In this document: one piece after another, positions 20,006 through 28,305 of the stretch
How positions within the stretch are numbered: the first letter of the stretch is position 1
Layout: each line of letters opens with the position of its first letter
Virus record (IMG/VR): IMGVR_UViG_3300025411_000009
Origin: an uncultured virus (IMG/VR IMGVR_UViG_3300025411_000009)
Taxonomy: Duplodnaviria; Heunggongvirae; Uroviricota; Caudoviricetes
Direction: 5' to 3' (one strand)
DNA length: 64,000 bases
The notes under the pieces: generated by a model
What the model was told of the DNA's origin: nothing
Database searches by the model: none
Seen by the model: the letters and a program-made list of their open reading frames with translations, nothing else
Position numbers and translations under genes: made by a program

Positions 20006-21163
20006 TTATAGAGTTTCCTCACCGATTACATCAGATTTTGGTGCTTCAGCATTCAATGGTGATTCTACTTTAGCATCAACTTTAGCATACAAGTCAAGGA
20101 AAGCATTTTTAGTTTCCTCATCAAAGCGGTTCACACATAATGTTATTGCTTTCATTCTATCGTTAAAGATTTCATAAGCCTTAGCGATATGAACCAATCT
20201 ACGGGTTGAAATGATTTCGTCTGTAGCACCTTGGTCAAATGATTGGCGAACCACATCTGCCCATTGGCATAGATTGTCCACAAATTCTGAATCTTTGATT
20301 AAAGGTGTTAAGATTTTCTTTTCTGTTTTAACATCAGGATATTCTTGTTCAACTGTAATTGGGAATCTTTCCAAGAAAGCGTCATCAAGAATTTGTGATA
20401 GATACTTACCTTCATCTGAACCACGACCTTTTGTATTAGCAGTAGCGATGATAGTAAAGCCATCTTTAGGTAAAACTACTTCACCAGATTTTTTATTGTA
20501 ATATGGTTTGCCTTCTAAAATGCCTTGTAAACACATAAGTTTATTTGAACCACGGTCTACTTCGTCAATGAGTAATACAGCACCACGTTTCATAGCAGTC
20601 AAAACTGGACCGTCACGATTAACCACATTACCGTTTACTAAAGTAGGACCGCCAAGTAAGTCTGATTCATCTGTTTCGATTGAGATATTAACACGGATAC
20701 ATTCACGGTTCAATTCAGCACATACTTGTTCAACCATTAATGTTTTACCGTTACCAGAAAGACCGGTAACAAATACAGGATAGAATAATTTTGAATTGAT
20801 AATACCTTTTAAGTCTTTGAAAAAACCAAATGGTACATAATCTTTATATACCACAGGAATAGCTGGTTCAGATTCATCAATCAATTTAGGTTGTCTGAAA
20901 GCTACCACAGCCATATCAACTGTAGCAGGTTCTTGAAAGTTTGGTTGTGGTTCGGCAACTTGTTTCTTAACCACTTTTTCGCCTGATGATGGTAACTTAT
21001 ACTCACCACGACCAGTTCGATATTCTGATTTAGTTACCAACCAGTAAGGATATGGCACATCTGCTTCATCTACCACTTTAGAAATCATATCACGGTCTAA
21101 AACGGCATTTGTACCAAATAAACTTTCTGCTGCCATAATAAATTGTTTTGCGTTTTTGTTCAT
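20006..21163 (-). CDS. cobS: CobS/MoxR-like AAA+ ATPase
   Basis: GLSGNGKT Walker A, LLIDEVD Walker B, ATANTKGRG, LDDAFLERF, ISTRRL. Confidence 0.88.
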   Translation of the reverse strand: MNKNAKQFIMAAESLFGTNAVLDRDMISKVVDEADVPYPYWLVTKSEYRTGRGEYKLPSSGEKVVKKQVAEPQPNFQEPATVDMAVVAFRQPKLIDESEPAIPVVYKDYVPFGFFKDLKGIINSKLFYPVFVTGLSGNGKTLMVEQVCAELNRECIRVNISIETDESDLLGGPTLVNGNVVNRDGPVLTAMKRGAVLLIDEVDRGSNKLMCLQGILEGKPYYNKKSGEVVLPKDGFTIIATANTKGRGSDEGKYLSQILDDAFLERFPITVEQEYPDVKTEKKILTPLIKDSEFVDNLCQWADVVRQSFDQGATDEIISTRRLVHIAKAYEIFNDRMKAITLCVNRFDEETKNAFLDLYAKVDAKVESPLNAEAPKSDVIGEETL

Positions 21164-21235
21164 AATGTTATTTGCCTCTCATATTTAATTGTGAGACCAT
21201 TATAACACAACTGGAGAAAAAATCAATACCAAATG

Positions 21236-22860
21236 CTAATATGTACCATCATTATAATAATCACTACCATCTGGTATTAATGCTCGAATGGTAAACCAAT
21301 ATCGTAGGTAATTGGTAAGTAATTTTGAATAGATAAAGTCCTCTCGAATGATATCGTAGGATTCTTTAAACATTAGACCTTCGTAGGATTGGTCAAACGG
21401 GTCTGGTGGGTATCTAAAGTTCTCGCCTGCGTAGGCAACAAAAACTTCTTCAAGTAATTCTGGTGAAATCATAATATCTCTACATCAATAATTTGTTTTG
21501 CTAACTTAACTGGTCTGTCTTCAAATGACATAACCGATTCTGCCTCTGCTCTACTGTAATACGGACCATCATGATATACAGGTTTGCCATTTTGTTCTGT
21601 CATGATATAATACACATTCATTTTTTCAGGTCTTGCCATATTAGCCATAGTTTTTTCCTTTTCTTTTTTATTTAGCGTATTTTTTATAGTGGTCTAATAC
21701 CTTTTCTAAAGCTGGCACTATTTCAGCGTCTGCTAAAACTGGATGGTCAAAGTCTTCAATACCATTTAACACAGCATGCTTGTATTGTAGAATACTTTCT
21801 TTTTCGTATGCTAATGAATCAATAATGATTTGTTTTAATTCTGGTTTACTCATTTATCCATTTCTCCGCTTCTTCTTCTGCATCTACTTGTTTATAGAAT
21901 AATTCACTTCTTTGAAATTCTTCTTTGATATAATACATTACTTCAATCTCGCCTCCGTATTTTGTTACATTGGCAGTTTTTATTCCCTTACTGAATGTTT
22001 TAAGTATCATATTTTTTTAATAACTTCCTGTAAAATGTTCATTCAACATCATGTCTTGTAGTTTTTCAAACGATTGCATATAGATGCCGTTATTAACAAC
22101 TAAACCACCTAATGGCACATAACCATCTTCCAACTTTTGTGAACATTCGTTTTGAAAATCTTCTAATTGTTCATTCTTTACTACGATATAACGGTTACTC
22201 ATATTTTCTCCTTAATTAATCCCATAATGCTGTATAATATTTACCAAACAATCTTAAACCATTTTGAATACGAGCCCAATGTTTATCGTGGCCTTTTTTA
22301 TCAAATTTAAGTGTATGCTTAGGACCTTTTTTCAATTTAGCACCACCATCAGGCAAATCAATCCATATATGGTCAATATTACCTGACCAAAATTTGTCAG
22401 CCCAATCTTCTTTGTTTAATTCGGTGAAAGCCCAAATCATTTCAGATAAAACATAATCCCAACGCTTAAACCAATTACCATCGCCAGCTTCAGCCAAGAT
22501 ATTCTTTTTAGCCTTTTGTGCGGACTTCGTTGTGCTTCGTAAGTTTGATGGCACATCAACATCATCAATATGAGGCGCACCGTGTTTCGTTTTCTTTAAC
22601 TGAATAAGCATAGGCAGAATGATATGGGTCAAAGTATTATCCATTGACCATGTATCCCATGGATCAATCTTGACATATCGAATATCACGGTTGATAAAGT
22701 TTCTAACAGCAAAAAGGGCATTACAGAATGGTTCTAATACATCATGCCAAAATTTTACCATTGGTTCTTTGTATTCAATCTCTCGCCAGAAGATTATCTT
22801 CTCAACGATAGTGTAAGGTGATAACCAATTGTCTTTTGGTCGATTTTGGTATATAAACAT
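21236..22860 (-). other. Small hypothetical ORFs, including 21236-21472, 21668-21853, 22017-22202, 22216-22860
   Basis: Co-oriented ORFs with RBSs; no recognisable motifs. Confidence 0.6.
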
Positions 22861-22990
22861 TTATTTTTTCTCCTTACAATTATCAAAGTATATCCAAGGA
22901 TAATTGGCAGCAAAAGTTACATCTATGCCTAATTTATTAAGTCTATTTGTAAATGCTTTTATTTGATAATCATTCATTTGTTTTTCTTAA

Positions 22991-23764
22991 TTATACTTCT
23001 ATATATTTCAATTTAAATAGGTCATGTTGATATTCTTTTGGATAAGCTCTTGGGTTACAAATCACTCTTGTTTCACTAATTGTATAATCGAAAGGATCGT
23101 GAGTGTGCCCATGAACCCATAACTTAACATCTTTAAATAAGTTCATAAGATAATCCAGATTACTATGAAAACCACCGTTCATTATGCTGTCATTTTCATA
23201 TCGTGGGTGAACAGAATTACGGCTAGGTGAATGGTGTGTTATAACAACTTTTTTACCTGATAAACTTTCAAGCATTGTTGCAATAAAATCTATACTCTTA
23301 TTATGTTCTTTAACTGATTGTTCAGGTGAATACTTAATATAATTTTCACCATCAAAGTATTTAATAATTCTCCAATCAGGCATTGAAGGCTTAATTAATT
23401 CCATTGTATACTTATCAGAATTATTCATATTAGTCCACATGGTTGAACCAATAAAATTAATATCACCAATTTTGGCCGCTTGATTATTAAGAACACGAAT
23501 ATTATCCAAGTGTTTTAACTTATCTGTGATATCTTTTACCGTGTCATTGTATAGATAATTATAATGCTCGTGATTACCAACCACATATACAATATCTCTA
23601 AACTTTTTTGATATATCTTCAAAAAAATCTATTTTAAAATGCTTTGCTGAACATATATCGCCAGCTAAAATCAATACATCAGCATTCTCATCATTATTTA
23701 ATGTGAGGTCTCTATGTTCTAAATGTAAATCACTTGCAATCGCTAACTTCACAATGTTTTCCAA
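22991..23764 (-). CDS. Metallophosphoesterase (calcineurin-like)
   Basis: SDLHLE, AGDI, GNHEHY, THHSP, HGHTH. Confidence 0.9.
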   Translation of the reverse strand: MENIVKLAIASDLHLEHRDLTLNNDENADVLILAGDICSAKHFKIDFFEDISKKFRDIVYVVGNHEHYNYLYNDTVKDITDKLKHLDNIRVLNNQAAKIGDINFIGSTMWTNMNNSDKYTMELIKPSMPDWRIIKYFDGENYIKYSPEQSVKEHNKSIDFIATMLESLSGKKVVITHHSPSRNSVHPRYENDSIMNGGFHSNLDYLMNLFKDVKLWVHGHTHDPFDYTISETRVICNPRAYPKEYQHDLFKLKYIEV

Positions 23765-23773
23765 TTCTATTAT

Positions 23774-23928
23774 TAGCCAATAAGATATCGGGCAGTATTT
23801 AGCCGCCCTCCTGCCAAGTATCGCAGAGATTGCTTACCAAACTCGGTAGTCCAATTGGCTCGTTACGGTCGATTAACTCGATCCAGTCTGCTCTGGTTAC
23901 AGGCCTTAACCTACCTGTAATTAGGTTA
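23774..23928 (-). ncRNA. Putative structured RNA: pseudoknot plus multi-stem domain
   Basis: GC-rich intergenic; TAACCTA/TAGGTTA and TTACAGG/CCTGTAA interleaved; AGCCAAT/ATTGGCT enclosing hairpins. Confidence 0.55.
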
Positions 23929-24120
23929 TTTTTTGATTGTATAGTTTTTAAATATACTGATTAGAATTGATACTGCTAACCAATTTCGCCATGTATAATC
24001 AATATACAAGGCAGGAAAGATTGTATCCCATGCCCATATAACAACCAATGACCAACATAAGCATAATACTACTAATACTACTGCTGCTGTTATTGCCAAT
24101 GCCCATTCTATATCTTTCAT
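23926..24120 (-). CDS. Small membrane protein
   Basis: MKDIEWALAITAAVVLVVLCLCW...; two hydrophobic segments. Confidence 0.6.
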   Translation of the reverse strand: MKDIEWALAITAAVVLVVLCLCWSLVVIWAWDTIFPALYIDYTWRNWLAVSILISIFKNYTIKK

Positions 24121-24656
24121 TATTGATCCTCCGCCATCATTTCTTTCCAATCCTCAGCTATTTGTTCTAGATTGAAATCTTCAACCAGATGCTGAGGTAT
24201 ATTACTCAAGTCCTCATAATCAAGTTCATACGATGCGTCCTGACCGTCATAGTATTCACCGACAAATGACATACCTTCTTCAATGTATGTAGCAGAAACA
24301 TCCCAGCCATGTTCAAACATCCAATGATATAAGTTCGTTGGTGGTGCCCATGCCGTTTCACAACTAAAGGTTATGGTGTCACCTTCTCTACGCCAATTAT
24401 TAGCATCGGCATTCCATTTTGTTCCCCAATTACTGACTGACCAGCTATACCAATCAGGTGCACCATACTTCTCTTGCATCTCAGCGGCTAATGCCTCATT
24501 ACGGTTAGGTGATTCTACATCAACCAATTCTTGTGGGCATGGCATAAAGAAATCAAACCAATTCTTGCCTTCACCATTCTTTAGAAAAGTTTCTAACCTG
24601 TCCATCTTTTCAGGTGTTGCTGTAATGCTAACACTATTTGAGCACCAATTTGGCAT
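24120..24656 (-). CDS. YubB/DUF1281 ferredoxin-like domain protein
   Basis: MPNWCSN...DWYSWSVSNWGTKWNA...ETAWAPP. Confidence 0.75.
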   Translation of the reverse strand: MPNWCSNSVSITATPEKMDRLETFLKNGEGKNWFDFFMPCPQELVDVESPNRNEALAAEMQEKYGAPDWYSWSVSNWGTKWNADANNWRREGDTITFSCETAWAPPTNLYHWMFEHGWDVSATYIEEGMSFVGEYYDGQDASYELDYEDLSNIPQHLVEDFNLEQIAEDWKEMMAEDQ

Positions 24657-24657
24657 C

Positions 24658-25062
24658 TTAATTGCCCTCCACTAATTTATAAGGTTTCTTCCAATCGCCG
24701 ATATTCACATCAACATAATAGGCAGTATTAAAATAATCTATTTGAGCATTACTTTCATCATACCAATCAGCTGACTTCATCGCTTTGAATACGGTCTCTA
24801 AAAATTCTTTCGCCTTGCCAGAAAAGTGCTGATGATACCAATAAGGGTTCACATCAACATAACCAGCATCCAAATGAAAGCGATAATCGTTGCCTGTATT
24901 TGCTTTAATGTTAGATAGAAAGTCAATCGAGCCTTCTTTAATTGATAGTTTAATCGTGCTATGGTTTCTAACCGATAATGAACCTTTGATGCCATACTTC
25001 TTGAGTATAGGTTTCAAGTTCTCTGCAATTACTTTCTTTTTAGATTGATTCATGTAAGCCAT
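24658..25062 (-). CDS. Conserved phage early hypothetical protein
   Basis: MAYMNQ...KKYGIKGSLSVRNHSTI...DESNAQIDYFNTAYY. Confidence 0.7.
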   Translation of the reverse strand: MAYMNQSKKKVIAENLKPILKKYGIKGSLSVRNHSTIKLSIKEGSIDFLSNIKANTGNDYRFHLDAGYVDVNPYWYHQHFSGKAKEFLETVFKAMKSADWYDESNAQIDYFNTAYYVDVNIGDWKKPYKLVEGN

Positions 25063-25083
25063 TTTACTTCTCCCGTTTAGTTT

Positions 25084-25190
25084 ATTTTTAAAGCACACTC
25101 GGCATTAAGCCTTTGCTACCAAGAAATTGGATTGGAATGTGCTTTAAAAATGGCAGTTTCTTTAATGACTGAGCTGCCAAAAGTCTTAAC
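25084..25190 (-). ncRNA. Pseudoknot plus long stem with branched apex (possible RNase III site)
   Basis: GACT/AGTC interleaved with TGGCAG/CTGCCA; then ATTTTTAAAGCACATTC/GAGTGTGCTTTAAAAAT stem enclosing two hairpins. Confidence 0.55.
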
Positions 25191-25191
25191 A

Positions 25192-25566
25192 TTAAGCAGC
25201 GAGAGCTACTTTTTTGTCTTGTGCTACTGGTTTTACCTTAGCAGGTTCAGCAGCCTTTACCTCAACCTTAGCGGTTGTTGTAACCTTAGCTTTAACTTGC
25301 TTGTAACGACCGTTAGCATCAAAAGCATCTGGATTAACCAATTGATAACCAGTCACCTTACGACCATCTTTTACAACCTTAACAATGCCACCGTCACGGC
25401 GAATATTGTAAATATTGGTTGATAAGCGATATAACACCGCTTCTTGGTCTGTGCCTTTGAATACTGCTTTGATTTCGTCAGGCGATACTACTTTGCCAGA
25501 TAAAAGCACTTGCGTGATTTTCTCGTGGCGATTAGTTTTGCCTTTTCTGATTTTTAATGTTGCCAT
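25192..25566 (-). CDS. Basic, possibly winged-HTH protein
   Basis: Lys-rich; LYRLSTNIYNIRRDGGIV resembles a recognition helix and wing. Confidence 0.5.
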   Translation of the reverse strand: MATLKIRKGKTNRHEKITQVLLSGKVVSPDEIKAVFKGTDQEAVLYRLSTNIYNIRRDGGIVKVVKDGRKVTGYQLVNPDAFDANGRYKQVKAKVTTTAKVEVKAAEPAKVKPVAQDKKVALAA

Positions 25567-25661
25567 AATATAATACTCCTCAAAATTAATAATAAACTAC
25601 TCATACTACAATGTACCATTATACACTTTCCACTATAAAAGTCAAGCATTATTTTGGTACT

Positions 25662-27181
25662 TTACCTCATGTATACCGAAAATCTATCGGCAAACATTCT
25701 TACGCAATCTTGGTACCTTTGGTTAGGCGACCTTCGATCCAACGGGTTAGTTCTGCTACCTCTGAACCTCACCCGAATTTTTTTACCTTGAGATTTGAAA
25801 TAAGCCCTTACCTCATCCAATCGGCGTATTGGTATATTCTTATAACGGGCTTCTTCACCTTCTACTCTAAATGGTTTTAAGTTCATATTCACTCCTATGG
25901 TCTATAATAAGAATTAGTCCAATTGCCTTCGGGTTCTTCCTCGTAAGCAAGCGCCTGTATAATATCGTCAAGCACTTCCAACTTGTCCATTGGCATTCTA
26001 TCACCGTTTAAAAATATCTCACTTCTAACCAGTTCTAAAATAGTCTTTACCTCAACCTCGGTTAGTTCTATCTTACGAAGCGAACCGTCATCCAAGTTTC
26101 TGGTCTCACCAGTTCTAGTATTCAATGAAAACGCTACCATACTTACCTCCCTAATTTCAATACAACCATTATATCACATCCATACCAAAAGTCAAGCATT
26201 ATTTAGCCTATTCGGTATCGATCCATACTCTACCAAAAATCAATTCGCCACCGTTCTTTTTAATAACATAGAAGTCATTAGGAAAATCAATGATATTGCC
26301 TAAGTCCTCACGGATTTCGTCCTGATTGATATCCTCAACCTTGATACAACCGATTGAACCAGAATCCACAGCATATTCACGACCTTCTTGGTCATTGTAA
26401 ACACCATCACCATAAGCTGTACCAAAGATAGCAAACTTACGACCATCTTTTAATGAAAATACACCTTCGCCTGGGTCACCATTGGTTGGATCGAACATTA
26501 TATTACATGCTTCGTCCCATTCATTGTGCATAACATAGCATAGGTCTCCCACATAATACTTACCTGCCGGCATCTTATCAACTATCATAATCAAATAACC
26601 TTCCTATCTTATTAACGATATCCTCATTATAATAATCTGGATCAATGTTCCGTATAGCATAAAACATATACTCCAACTCATCATAATCCAATTGAACCGT
26701 TACCTCTGGTGCATCAGTAGATAACCTCTTTACCTCAAAAATAGTCTTACCAGTCATATTACTTTACCTCACTTATTATTAATGTTACCATTATATCATA
26801 TTTGGATAGAATGTCAAGCATTATTTGGATACTTTTACCTCATTAAAACCTGTATAGTACCTCAATAGTCTTACCTCAAGTACCTCAATGATACCTCACG
26901 GACTTAGCGAGGCGCCTGCGTGTAATACCTCGCCATGGCCTTCGCTGGCCAGTGCTCCTGTATTGGTGTTAGTTTCTCAGCACGATACCGAAAGTTCCAG
27001 AGGTATCCTGAGGAACTTCCGAGCACCTCTGATATTATTTTGTGATAGCCTTTACATATTCCTTGAAGCCTGCTACTGCTGACTTCTTATCACAAAAATA
27101 GAAGCGCATGGATACCAATTGATTATTAATGATATCGGACACCTCTATAACACCCGTATTTGGGTTCCGTGTTATAGTCAT
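25662..27181 (-). other. Early hypothetical ORFs 25662-25892, 25895-26140, 26208-26594, 26578-26757, 27035-27181
   Basis: Each cassette lies downstream of a promoter with an RBS; 26208-26594 has the YYVGDLCYV...GTAYGDG...VDSGSIG motif common in phages. Confidence 0.7.
26731..26898 (-). repeat. TGAGGTA direct-repeat cluster (7 copies)
   Basis: Plus-strand TACCTCA at 26731, 26765, 26836, 26858, 26872, 26881, 26892. Confidence 0.85.
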
Positions 27182-27364
27182 TCTTATCTCCTTATTATTA
27201 AACTGCTATTATACATGAAATGGCAAAAATGTCAAGCACTTTCGAGCGGACTATACTATAAGAATAGCACGCAACCTCTGCTCTCCTCTCCAACCGGTAA
27301 ATACCATTATACACGATCCAATAAAAAAGTCAAGCACTTTTTGGGGTGCCTGACTTCTATTTGA

Positions 27365-28081
27365 TTAAGCAGCTAGTGCGATTGGTATGGTTTTCTTGAC
27401 AAAACCACTGGTGTCCTTCTTAGCCTTGCCCTTCGCCTTGAGACCGGCAATAACACCCTTAGGATCAAGGAAGCGAAGGTCGGTGTCATCAGCATTAATC
27501 ACAGGGAGACCTAGGTACTGCTCTGGTAAGCCCTTATCAAATACTGCTGCTACATTATAACCTTGCTCGATAGCACGGTAAACATCGTGGTCGTTTCCGT
27601 CAGCAGCAGAAAAGGTTAGGTTATAATTGAATGGTACAGTGCGACCGACTATTTTGGTGTAATCATAGAATTGGACAGTAGGAAATGCTTCCATCATGTT
27701 GCGGTATTGTCCTACTCTGATTTTCTCCCATGCGATATCACTGGTGCCGTTTAAACGGAATACAGGGATTAATCCCTTCTTTTCAGCATATTTGATGGTG
27801 CTCTGTATTTCAAGTGCTAGCTCTTCCATGAATTGCTCACGAGCTTCAAAAAAGCGCTTGGTTTTACGGATACGGGCTTGCTGAATTACATTGGTATTTT
27901 CGCCCTTCTTGAATATACCACCACGGCCTGCTGTATTCAAGCAAGCAGCTTTACAGCCTGCGGTTGCCTTAGGACAGGTTTGGTGGCCTGATAAGTCAGC
28001 AGGTGCTAAATGGAGGATACTGGTTAGGTAGCCCTTCTTTTCGCCCTTCATGATTTTTGGATTGCCTCTAGTCAATAACAT
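27365..28081 (-). CDS. Gp88-family Cys-cluster (radical-SAM-like) protein
   Basis: TCPKATAGCKAACL, FRLNGTSD, QFYDYTK, YNLTFS, DDTDLRFLD. Confidence 0.75.
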   Translation of the reverse strand: MLLTRGNPKIMKGEKKGYLTSILHLAPADLSGHQTCPKATAGCKAACLNTAGRGGIFKKGENTNVIQQARIRKTKRFFEAREQFMEELALEIQSTIKYAEKKGLIPVFRLNGTSDIAWEKIRVGQYRNMMEAFPTVQFYDYTKIVGRTVPFNYNLTFSAADGNDHDVYRAIEQGYNVAAVFDKGLPEQYLGLPVINADDTDLRFLDPKGVIAGLKAKGKAKKDTSGFVKKTIPIALAA

Positions 28082-28305
28082 TTATATCTCCTTATTAATT
28101 CAAGTACCATTCTACACTAATTGGCAGGAAAGTCAAGCACTATTTTTGGTCATAAAACGGTCATATTGGAGCTAGCACGCAGGGGCGGTGTGGAACCATT
28201 ATATCATATCCAAGGGGAAAGTCAAGCACTATTTGGGGCTAAAAAATGCTTGACTTTTGGTAGGAATCATGTATAATGGTAACATAATGACAAAGGAGAT
28301 AAAAA

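Noticed and set aside
23774..23935. Twister, hammerhead or HDV ribozyme, or a -1 frameshift at AAAAAA before the pseudoknot
   Set aside because: Core consensus elements are incomplete; the -1 frame and readthrough both hit stops within a few codons
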